Assembly (NCBI RefSeq): GCF_000150275.1
Contig: NW_002060943.1
Location: forward strand, 4,112,008-4,176,007
Direction: 5' to 3'
Source: Trichoplax adhaerens
Taxonomy: Eukaryota; Animalia; Placozoa
DNA length: 64,000 nt
Positions 11,471 to 23,451 of the stretch are shown here, piece after piece. The first letter of the stretch is position 1. Every line of letters starts with the position of its first letter. The notes below the pieces were generated by a model that made no database searches, was not told the DNA's origin, and saw only the letters and a program-made list of their open reading frames with translations. Position numbers and translations under genes: made by a program.

Positions 11471-14271
11471 TCACTGATTGCCGTAAAACTGTTGAATAAT
11501 TTGGTCAGTAATCATACGACCACGTTGAATGACTTCGTCTGGTAGCAAGGCCAGTATAAAGAGCACCTAGAATGAATGCCAAATTTGTCAGTTTATTACT
11601 ATCTCCGTAATTAAAACATTTATTCAATAACGGATTTTACAATAAAAGATCAATTTACCTTCTCTTTAGGAGAGTATGATTCGATATCATCAGGGAAAGC
11701 ATCGGAAATGAGTTTATTAGCAGCAATAATTTCCTTCAAGATAATGCTATAAGTAATTTCCAGAATGTTTACACACAATTACATTCCGCGAACAGAGTAT
11801 CATTCAAATCTCAACGAAATTAAATGAGTTAAAGATGCTTACTTATAGTTTTTGCTGTTCATTATCTGACTACTGATTGCAATAGTTTCAACTGGATTAT
11901 AAACCTAATAGTAAATTTTGTCATTCAAGGAAAAAAAATGGCAGACCATGAGATAGTTCTTACCCACAATAACAGATATTGTTCAGTAGAACTTTATCAA
12001 ATTAGCTTTACTCCACAGTTTATCATGTATCTGCTGTAGTTAAAGCACTCTTTATCAGAGCAAGGTCTGATGATTAAAGCTGGTACCTGATGGAACCATC
12101 CAGGTGGTATAATCAGTAATTCTCCTGCATTTTGCTCGATTTCAATGTAATTAACATTGCGAAATAGAGGATATTTTTCATCATCAATATTGAAGCTATC
12201 AATTGGACTGTATATAAAATAAATGCAATGTATTATTTTACGATTTGTAGGTTTGGCGAGTTTAGCATGAAGTTAATATGTGTTCAATCGCTAAACTACA
12301 CAGCCTCGGTTAATTCAATTTATTTACCTGTTATATTTATAACAATTCAAAGGAAAACCACACATTTGATTGGGAGTAATATAAAATTTGTTGTCTTGTC
12401 CAGGGGGAAAAAGCTATCAAAAAAAGATTAAGTACATTTCCGACAATTATAATTCAGAATAAAATTATCAACAAGTATTTAATCTACTGTTCATGTATAA
12501 CGTCACTCTGATGATAGCAATACTGTACCTTCCAACGTTTTCGACCGTGTAATACAGCATTTGTACCAGTCCAATTATATGGATCTGTTTATTGGAAAGA
12601 TGCAATCTCTTGTGATACTCGTATTATAATAAAATTTCATATATTATAATTATCGTTCGTCTCACCAATATGCAAGTGCGATCTAGAATGTGCGCTACCC
12701 CATAACAGCATAGCATCCCAAGGACGTATCTCTTCTGGGAATAATTTAAAAAAATTTTCCTTGAAATAAATCTAAAATTATAAAATATGCAAAATTATGA
12801 ATGGTATCGTTAGTCATCATCCTAAATACAAGATCGATATACAATGTTCTACGTAAATGAGCATTAAAGAACTAGAAATACAAAATTTGAGGTTAACTAA
12901 ATTTTGATAATTTACTGTAATGTACGTTATACAGTATATATATATATATAAAGACTATAGGTATTTACACGATGAAAATTAATATTGCTATACTTACAGC
13001 TTCTCCAATATCAGCTTTTAGCTTGTCATGACGGTTGATAAATAATTCATCTTGTACATAATGCCATCTCGATGGCTTTCCATCTGGTACAACCTGACTA
13101 AACTCTTCTATTGTCATAGTTTTGACCTCAGCATTAATCATAGCACCCTAGTTCCAACGAAGATTAATAATGCAAATTAAGCTAATTTACAAATTGGATA
13201 CATCAAGCTACCGGTAAATACTGAAAATTAGTTGATCAGCAATACTACAGAAATTGTCCAGGCTGTTACCAAACGCGTGTTAGTACCAATATACTGTACG
13301 TACATCTAAAATAAATGCACTATAAATGCTCAAGGTACAGTATATACTACTACTACATACACAAGTAGACATATCGAATCTCTTCAGTAATGTTGCACAA
13401 AACACGCTTGAAGTAAAAGGGGTAGAATAATTTGATGAAACTAACCTCCACACTGACAACTGGTACTTTTTGATTGCCATAATGGCTTTTAAAAAAGTCG
13501 CGATTCCATTTCATGGATGGCCACTCATTAACTACACCACGTATTAATACTGGTCTAAAGAATGCATAGATGATCAATAGTTTAAATAGAAATAGCTTTA
13601 GCCTATTGCAATACAATGTTAATAAGGACTTTGTTTATCACTGTTGCTAATATGCAAACATCGTAATATCGTGCAGCAAGACTTTAGTTTAGCAATATAT
13701 TCTACGACTTGTAGCCATGTTCATCTACTGGAGTACTGTACTGCATTTTGGGAACTCTACGTATGAATACAAGTGAAATAGTGCACTTCAAGTATAGTAG
13801 TATTATCGGCCTAAAATGAAGGACTTTGCATCTAGATTATTATAAAAATATTATTTTAGCAAAATCATCTCCTTTACTTGTAGCCATAGCTGAACTGCAA
13901 AGTTTCGCTTACAATTGACAATCGAAGTACTTGGTAAATTCCTGCAAGCTTGCATTATCCCTAATGTTTACTCGATCAGTTGCAAAGGAATAATTTTGTA
14001 GATTGAATTCGCTATTAACAAGTTCTGCGTAATTGGTTTCGGTTACATTTTTCATTTCACTAGCAGCATTAAAGTAGAGCATAATAAAACCAAAACCACT
14101 AACGAAGCAAGCTGATAGAATGATCAAACGCACGCTTAGGCCCCATATTCTTTTCTCTCCATCCGAATCATCTTCATCATCTTGTGGTGTTGTGCTGCTC
14201 CCTCTGTACCTCAAAGCATGATTACTTTTATCCTTTTGATTCACGACTGCCTTTCTATTTCTATTCGTCAT
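11471..14271 (-). CDS. JmjC-domain 2OG/Fe(II) oxygenase (JMJD4/6/8, cupin-like) with an N-terminal transmembrane helix
   Basis: About 10 exons; RPVLIRGVVNEWPSMKWNRDFFKSHYG; LWGSAHSRSHLHIDPYNWTGTNAVLHGRKRWKLFPP (HxD); QNAGELLIIPPGWFHQVYN (third ligand His); TM segment LIILSACFVSGFGFIMLYF. Confidence 0.88.
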
Positions 14272-14494
14272 TTTGTCTGTAAGCTATTTCATAATAGTAC
14301 CGCAATTAGGATGACTAAACCGATGAGTTTCTTATTTCAATCCATTTCCATGGGTCTTGAAATTGAATTTATGAAATGTTCTGCTCACTCCAATTGGAAT
14401 ATGCACTACTATAAGTAGAGGGACTTCTGTCTTAGCTGATTACTATACAGACAGCAGCCTGGAAAGAGTCGATGACCGTACGCACAATCATGCT

Positions 14495-14552
14495 ACTGCC
14501 ACCATACTATACACTGTATAGCATAGCACTGTACTGGACTGTATACTATAGG
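14495..14552. promoter_or_regulatory. CTGTA/TACAG-rich patch in the JmjC-LYR divergent promoter
   Basis: ATACTATACACTGTATAGCATAGCACTGTACTGGACTGTATACTATAG. Confidence 0.4.
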
Positions 14553-15410
14553 CAGTATAGCAACGACGAGTGGAGACCAGACATCTTCAACAAGAGCTGG
14601 CATCAATAACGATGTCCAAGCTATACTAATTGCAATTATAAAATTGGCTAATCTCTTAATTATCCATCGTAAATCTCGACTACTAAAGAAAACTAATCTA
14701 GTGACAGCGATAATCGTTTCATGTTTGCAACGGTAGGATATTTGCTTGTAGAATGAGCTAGAACTGTGCTCTCTGACATAATATGGCGAATGTCTGCCGC
14801 CATAGAGCTCCACTCAAGTTATTCTAAGCTCAGGATTTATAGCTATGATTAAAGGATCTCATCACTGTATTATAGATACCTTTTCCGAATATAGTAATAC
14901 TGTACAGCGTAGTTATCTTTTCTCTGCCTCTTCTTAGTCTATCGAAATTGCAACGTCAAATTCAAATCTCCGATTAGAATTAGCTTCAATATTGGAATCA
15001 TTCCATACGTACAATAACATCCAAGCTGCAAGAAACACCATCTTTCTGGATTACTGCAATACTGAGAGATACCTCTTTGCAATTTTGCTTTATTGGATCA
15101 AGATTAGGATGCCAAATTTAAATCTGCGACTATAATAGGTTTCAGCGTTGGAATCAAACTATACGTGTAATAATACTCGTGGTGAAGGAAAGACCACCTT
15201 CACGAACGCGTATCATCTTAGTCAGAGAGGAATTGGCTATACTACTAACCGATCAATATTGGATCTCTACAAAATATTGACCTCGTACGTATATTTCAGT
15301 ATCTTAAGGTTAAGACTAACCCAATACCTTTTCAATTAATCTTTAACACCGTATAGTAACATATATATCTACTGAAATAGAGCAAAGCTACTTCATGTAT
15401 TAGCGCTCAG

Positions 15411-15659
15411 ATGACTAGTAAGGCACCCCTTCGTTTATATACGCAACTTTTGCGGCAAATAAACAACTTTCCTGTTACCGAAATGCGAAATAAACTAAGA
15501 TACAACTTAAGGGAAATGTTTGAGGTTTATAAGCAAGAGTCCAACCCCGATAATGTAAGAAAGCTACTACAAGATGGAGAGAATCACCTAAAGCTATTAC
15601 AGTTTCTCAACAATGCTGACCGGAGCGTTATTATGTCGTTATTTGAACGCAAGAAATGA
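15411..15659 (+). CDS. LYR-motif (Complex1_LYR) small mitochondrial protein
   Basis: 82-aa single-exon ORF, LRLYTQLLR...LREMF...LLQDGE, matching the LYRM pattern LYRxxLR...F...G. Confidence 0.75.
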   Translation: MTSKAPLRLYTQLLRQINNFPVTEMRNKLRYNLREMFEVYKQESNPDNVRKLLQDGENHLKLLQFLNNADRSVIMSLFERKK

Positions 15660-16124
15660 CATGGCAGTATAATCAGTTAATATTTACTGAATATTACAAC
15701 ATATCGCACGCACGAAATAACTTGTATATGCGTATACGAAGCTTGCTTTTATTCTCTGTTAATTTATATGTTCCAGATATTCAATCTCGTATATAATATC
15801 AATAGAATACGTTCAAGCTCATTTAGTATTTTTCATTGATAAGTTAATCCACTATTTACAGATGAATTAATATACTGTATAGGCTATACTTTGCTCTTTC
15901 AAGCTTCGGATAGCCAACAATTATTGCTATCTTACAATACAACCCAATGTACTATAGATCTTAAATAGGCTTTATACAAATCAGGTTCTTTCATAGTATA
16001 TCATCGTTAATAATTTAGTAATGTGAAATATTCGAAACTGCTGAAGCTTTTTGCTATATCTTAAAATATACATCTGTTGCTGTACAAAATATCTTTATCC
16101 TAGTTTTATTAATAACGTATCGGA

Positions 16125-19100
16125 TCACGATGACTTGGACATTTTAGATTCATCGTGTATCAACAACTCTTTAACGAGATAAAATGTATCCCTTACTTGA
16201 TTATTACCGTCTGCCAAAACTGTGAATGTAGCACTGCAAATAAAAATAAATGCATCTGTTAAATATCAAATTGACACGCAGAGTAAGACTGTCCAATTTA
16301 TGAGGTGTTATCAGTACAATATACCAAAAAATAGAGTAGCTTACTTCAAGTTTTGATCAGACGACGATTTACTACACTCTTCAAGAACTCTTCGATACAG
16401 GTCGCTTCCAAGTTCATTGATACAGTGCCTAAATGAATGATACAAAATTTCAAATAATTCATCCACCTGCCGTGTTCATTTTGTGTTGCAAAATACTTAT
16501 GCGAAAGCACAAAGAATAATATTAAAGTAAACACTTCAATTTAACGTTATAGTCATTACTCTGTTATTCGCGCCTTGCATTCACTTCCTTCATTATCCTG
16601 TACCAAATCCTCAATTTGATCCTTATTTTTAGCAGCTTTTGCCGAGGTTAAAATGACCTAATGACGATGCAAAAATATATATTTTAGAAGTTTCAACATG
16701 GATAATAAAAATCTATAATTACTATGACAGCTTACCTGATCATCGTCCGATTCATAATCCTCAAAATCATCAGAGTAATCTCCGCATGACGAATGTGTTG
16801 AGTTGTCGTTAGCAGCAGTTCTGTTTTCAAAGTCCTTCCCACAACTATGAGTATCTCCACTGTCACTAGATTCGAAGTCATCGGAATAATCATTCTCTGA
16901 TTTCAATGACTGGTCTTTCAATTCATCATTGCTCGATCGTGATAGTAAACTGCTATTCTTGGCCATTTTAATGCTACCACCGGAAGAGTTTTCTTGCCTA
17001 GCGTATAGCAGAAATTTTTTGATTAAAAGTTAATGTTTTACGTATTAAATAGAGATGATTAAAGTAACGTAACTTTAATGATGATTAAGAAGTTGCGTAA
17101 TTATTATAATGTTGACATACGCGTAACCGTATATCCGGTAGAATTATAGAAAATCGAATCTTATACATCCAATGGATATAATACCTGGTATCAGCCCGAT
17201 TTGCAACTGCTTCTTGTTCCGAAATGAATAATTGAAGATTATCTTTGACGTATACCGTACTTAATAAAGCGCCAGCACTACATCAATATCAGAGAGAATA
17301 GTGAGATGCAGGCTGTAATGAGACTTTAAATTAGAATTTTTGAGGGTATATCTTTCGTGATATATACGTATATATATATATCAACAAAAGTTTGAAATTA
17401 CCTGGGCCTTTCGTCAGCATTTTTCGTTAGTGCCATTCGTATAAGTTCATTTATATCGCTAGAGAATTGTGGCGGTAATGGCTAAAAGGAGTGGATAACG
17501 TTAGGTGATGAATAATTTAATTTAGATATAGCAAAACCAACTTTAGTATAATATATCATTATTAAACTGACTTTATCGTTGTAACATTATATAGTGGACA
17601 CGTATGGAGTTATTCTTACCTTGTATTCAGTTTTGACAATTTTATAAAATAGAGTAACTAAATTTGTTGCATCAAAGGCTGGTTTTAGGGCACACAGTTC
17701 ATAAAGCAGGCATCCCATGGACTAATGCAATAGCAATAATAGATATATCTTAACAATTTACATATGCATGTGTATTTACTTTCTATATGCAATTAATTTA
17801 AAAACAACACTGTGAGTGTTAGGGTAGAGTTGATATGAAATTCTGCAGTAAGAAAGACTGTGGTATTTTAATTTTAAAAAGAATACCCAAATATCGCTTT
17901 TTGAACTATATGGCAAGTCTTGGCATAATTCTGGACTTAAGTAACAAGGAGTTCCGACTTTAGATTGAGCCATATCAAAGGTATTATCCATAATACGGGA
18001 TACACCAAAGTCACCTGCATCAATAAGATGTCAAATCTGTCTATTACATAGCTAGTTGAATGAAATCAGGCAAGTACAAAAAGCAATGTAATATATTTTA
18101 TTACCTAATTTGACTAATTGTTTCTTGGTTAAAAACACATTAGGACTCTTGATATCTCTATCCAATATTTAACAAACGATTAAGTATGATCAGCGCTTTC
18201 GTTAGTACAGCCGTTATATTAATAAGAGCAACGAATTAACTTACTTTTTTCTTATAATAATTAATAAATCACATCACATTATTACTACCTACCTATGCAA
18301 TATTTTCATAGTGTGTAGGTACTGAATTGCCATTAACAGTTGCACAAACCACTATAAAAATAATAATGTTAGCATTATATACTATTATGTAGTTTCTACT
18401 CTAATGCCACTTAAATCTAACGCGTAGAGTATTATACGCCACATGATCTGAGAATAGAGCTCAAATTTCTGTATAATAAATAAGTAAACATAATCCTGAT
18501 ATTGCATTACCTTCATAATCTGTGACTCTCCAAAATAGGTTTCATTCTATCATATATCAATAAGCATTAACTTATGATTTTAGTAGTGTATTATCATGAG
18601 TTATATTTGTATATTTTAGCGCACTAACAAGGAAATTAGTTCAGTATGCTCTATACTTGAAATTACTACGTACTTCTTTTGCTTCGCAGACTTTATCAAA
18701 TAAAGATCCACCTTCGTAATAATCCTATGGAAAAAATTTAGCTAATTGAGTAATTTATTATTTCTTTTACATATAACTTAATTGCAAACGTATTCGGTGT
18801 ATATCTTCACCTGTACAATATATAAAAATTGACCACCTTCGCCGAAAAACGAATCTTGAAAAGTCACTACGTGTGGGTGCTTCATTTTCGACAGTATCCT
18901 TCAATAGATCAAAATTATGTAATTATATAGGGCTATAGCATGATTCTAAACTGTAGTAGATAGTACAGGAAACGTAAAAATCTGACACTGAGTGAAAACA
19001 GCAATATTCTGATTATATTTAACGATATGTTTATAAATGAATATACATCAAAGTCAGAAATTATAGCAACATTTATAGTTGAAAAGCGGAGGATTCATAG

Positions 19101-19985
19101 TTTAATTTTTGCTAATGAATTGCAAGTAAATTTGATGAGTGCATACTTCTTTAAGAAACGGAAAGCTTTGAAATTTCCTAATACAACATTAGAATATAAC
19201 TATCCATGGACTACTAGGTTTTCTTTTAGTAGTTCATGGACTATCATATTTGAAAGCTTGACAATATTACAAAAATCCTAGTTCTGCGGTAACTATCTGA
19301 CTTTATCGTGATGCATATTGTAAATTCCTTCCGTTTACGTTTGAAAGCCTTACTTAGCTTCGCTTTTAATAGTTTCTGCAGTTCTATACTTGCTCTTCTG
19401 ATCCAATCGTACTTCTTTAATAGCAACCAATCTTTTAATAACAGATCGAGAGGAAGGGGTAATTCATTTTAATAATTTGCAAACACACAGTACGAAATAG
19501 CAGAGAGATTTTTTCCTATACTAAGCTATACGACATTAGGACAATTTAATAATTCTGCCTTAATAGAAATACTCGTATCTTGTATTATCTATGCTTAGCT
19601 TGCAATTAGGTTACGAATCATCACTACTTTTTATACATATACTAGTTTAATTTTTTAACGACAGCCTCCATAGAAGAAATGATTCATTATAATAGATATT
19701 ATTACGAATTCGCTAACTTCATAACCCATTTGCTGGTAAGGTAAGTTCCATAGAATATGCTCACCCTTGGATCATTTATTTTACAGTAATGTTAAACTGT
19801 ACAAATTTGTAACTTACGATCAGTTATAACAAGTAATCATGAATAAAATAGTATGGAATGCCATGTTGAATATTAACAGGACTATATTATCTTACAATTT
19901 ACCTTCGAGTAATATGGGAGCGCGCTAGAAAGACCTGGCTAAAACTACCGTTGCCTAATAACTTGAGTTTGTCGTAGGACTCCAT
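16125..19985 (-). CDS. NIMA-related (NEK) Ser/Thr kinase, about 15 exons, with an acidic linker and a C-terminal helical domain
   Basis: MESYDKLKLLGNGSFSQV; VAIK; HPHVV; WFVQL; HRDIKSPNVFL; DFG; GTPCYLSPELCQDLPYSSKSDIW; GCLLYELCALKPAFDATNL; C-terminal HCINELGSDLYRRV. Confidence 0.93.
19203..19240. mobile_element. Miniature inverted-repeat element (CATGGACTACTA family) in NEK intron 2
   Basis: TCCATGGACTACTA-10 nt-TAGTAGTTCATGGA; the arms match those at 51016/51400 and 54171-54214. Confidence 0.5.
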
Positions 19986-21720
19986 AGGGAAGATTTGAGC
20001 ATTACTGTATAGTTTGTTTATTTAAAATTAAGTTCCGTTAACTCTAGTAAGCGAATACTGTAATCGTGAAATTATAGAAGCACGACCATAATATGCTATC
20101 AAGGTTATAATTGACTAGAGAATCCCAACATCGAAACATCCATGATCGCAAGATTTAAGCTGTAAACGTCAGAAAGGTTAATATAACTCTTATGAAGCTA
20201 TACACTAATACAGTTATTGGGTTGCTAGTGAATTTTTAATTAGTACTAGTGTTAGCAACTCGGTCTGCAATATAGTTAACACTGGTCAAACTAATGTATT
20301 CGGGTACCTAATTCTAAACTATACAGTGTACTACAATGGCTGCGCAATGGTCGTATTGTGCTGTCTATTTATACAGTAATGTATACAGTAAATAGATATA
20401 CTATACGTGACTACGTATACCAAAACTAGAGTACTAGCAGAAGCGCCTTAATAGTCCATTACTAATCATGGTTCCAATGCATTGTGACGAGAGAGAAATT
20501 AAAATATTATTTTATTATTAATTCATTTTTTAGAATATCGTACTAGGTAATAAAGCAATGGTGAATAGTAAAAATATTACAACAAACGCGAGTTATTACG
20601 CGTGAGCGATGAAGAAATGCTTACAGAAAATCAATCTCCACGCAATTTAGATTAACTACTCGTATATTCTGGCTCTTTATACTATCTATAACGTAAATCC
20701 CATGCAGTATAATGTAAGTATGGTAGTCCACGTACTGCATATACAGTATATTACCCACTATCATCCAGTAACCAATAGGATTTTGATAGGTATATATTAT
20801 ACGCTACGTATATACAATCCCTTCAAAATGGCCGGCTAAGTGTTATATCTTACTGCCTTATCTCAGTAATTGTCCTATTTTATATACAGGAAATAAATTT
20901 TCAATATTCGGCTATTTATTTTAACGACAAAATAAAGTTGTAAACACTTATTTATTGATCATTCATTCATCGATTAAAAAAATATCTAATAGTGTAACCA
21001 CGCTTAAGATCAAAGCAATCAACGTAGAATTTACTTACTAATTTTTTATGCGGCTCAATCATCTCAAATTAGAATAATACATAGTGTAATAAAAAATCAA
21101 ATTTAAAACATCATAAATAAAATACTAACTGTCGAGTTTATTACTAGCACATTTTAAACCAAAGATTGAATCTTTTAACGTAATACGGCCTCCCTAAATC
21201 TGACGTTGATATGTGAGAAACCTACATTAGCTATTTGACGATGTTTTCAGATTTAAGAAAGATCTAATAGAATAATAATTATTATACTTGATTAGTTCGT
21301 AGATCATTCTGCGTGTGTCGATGATTATAATATTAACGTAGACGCTCAGTTGTTTTAAATTTACTTCACAACAAAAATAGTATAGACGCTCTCCCAATTT
21401 GCTGGCTTAATCTCACTAAGGACTTTGTATTAGTATACGATTAAAAGCCGTAATAACTATAATTAATTATTTCACTTATAATTTTCATATCATAGAATCA
21501 ATCAAGTACGTAGAGCGACCGAGAGTTTGATTTTAGACATGAATCATTTGCTTCCTATTCATAATCGGAGTCATTCCGTAAATTTAGCTAAATTAGCATG
21601 ATATTGCTATTGTATAAAAATCACTAATAAATTTATAAGTGCAAATTATACTGTACTAGTGAACATCAATTGGTGAGGTAAAAGGAATGTATAGCTTTTG
21701 CCTATGGTGTTCCTGGCGGA

Positions 21721-23451
21721 TTAAGTAGATACGTAATCATTTATAATATACAATTCTTTGTGCTTTCTCCAAACTTTTCTAGCCCAGTTTGGAACATGAG
21801 TACGCCACCTAGATTTCCATTCGTCTAATGCACTATCGGATAAGCTGATAGTCTATGTATAAGAGAGATTAATTATATTATGCATTAATTAATATAATAA
21901 GATTGCAATACAAAATTACTAATGATAATGATATGCATTAGTTGCATGTCATACCAAGTGAGGAGGATAGTTTGCGTCCATATGACCCATAATTATATAA
22001 TCTTTGGTGCTTATCAAATTTGCACCGATACACGTAGAATTAATATGTAATGTGGTAAATCCTTTCTTTATGTGAGCTTTCGCAAATAAAACCTCTGATA
22101 TTCTTACAAGAACTTTAGCAGAGGTATCGAATTGTTCCACTGAAATAACACGAGCACGAATACCTATATGAAATTATCGAGCCGTTTTAATAGAATTAAT
22201 TTGTTATGAAGCTATAACTCATAAATATTTCTATAATATCTAAAGCAATTATTATTGACTTCCATTTAAATGGAAGATGCAGTACCCTTACCAAATGTGT
22301 ATCGTCTCTTACGAAACTGCCACAAACTAGGTTTATCAAATCTATTTAGGCAATATTCTACAAAGGCGGAAAAAAACCAATAATGAGATCTTTAATCATT
22401 AACTCATTTTATATCTATAGGATTTCAGTCCTCACTTATGACTGTTAACTCTCATTTTTGCTATAAATCAAACTTACTAATTCCACAGTCTTTAAGGTGA
22501 CAAGGATTAAGTTCGTTAATTTTAGAGCATGAACCCTCAATGTGAATAAATCGGTATCTCTTCGCATATCCTGCGTTGCACTCGCGTGAACAGTTACCCC
22601 AACTTGACCATGTGGTTTCACATTCTGGAATAATAGCAGATTACAATTTACTTTTTAGAATACTATAAAAGGAAATAAGCTTGAAAGGTTATGGGCTAGT
22701 AATTTTAATTGACATGATATATTTCAATGTAATTCTACTTAATTTAGCTGCATAAACAAGTTGTTATTGCCTTGTATTGACTCTGTGATTTAAAATGTTA
22801 ATATGATCAATTCTACTATTTACATAAAATGCAGATGGGTTCATAGTAGCTACCGTACCTTCTCGGCTTTTTATAGGGGGTGGTGTTGATGTACCTGTAC
22901 ATATATAAATTATTAACGTTATTAAAAAAACGCTATTCCACTGTGGTAAGTAAGTCAAATAAAAAATTAAGACTATTTAATAACAGAAGAAAATATATAC
23001 CAGAAATAATTGAACTCGGCTTGATACAGACACCAAAATCATGTACTGGAAATTTGTTACAAGCTAAAGCAGTTGGCCAAGTTTGATTATTAAATCTTTT
23101 GATAATGGGCTCTGCTATATTGCGAGCATCCTCACAGACTGATTGACAAGGTGGCACCGGCTTTGCCATCTCGGAACATATTGGAAAATAAAGAGTGCAT
23201 AGAAAGAAACGTAACTTTTCATACCATGATCTATTAATTGCTTTGATGTAGTCCACTAGAAGTATGTAACGTTCGATTTCTGATTTTGCAATATCTTGAT
23301 TTTCGTGATATGCCCTATTTGGAAATTTTGTATGATTATAAATTTCTCTGCACATAGACATTTTCATAGGTTGACAACCATTAGGGAGAGGAGCCAACCA
23401 TATACACGGTAACCATATTAATAGAAAGATGAGACTGATGGTCCTTTTCAT
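21721..23451 (-). CDS. Secreted Frizzled-related protein-like: signal peptide, Frizzled CRD, TSP1 repeat, NTR/C345C domain
   Basis: Exon 1 signal peptide plus CRD (CQPMKMSMC...YNHTKFPN...FFLCTLYFPIC...PCQSVCE...WPTALAC); exon 22624-22478 TWSSWGNCSRECNAGYAKRYR; exons 22357-21721 NTR-like (YTFGIRARV...KDYIIMGH...DEWKSRW). Confidence 0.85.

Noticed and set aside
11471-11473. JmjC TGA stop as selenocysteine or readthrough
   Set aside because: It lies after the complete domain, and I found no convincing SECIS or meaningful extension
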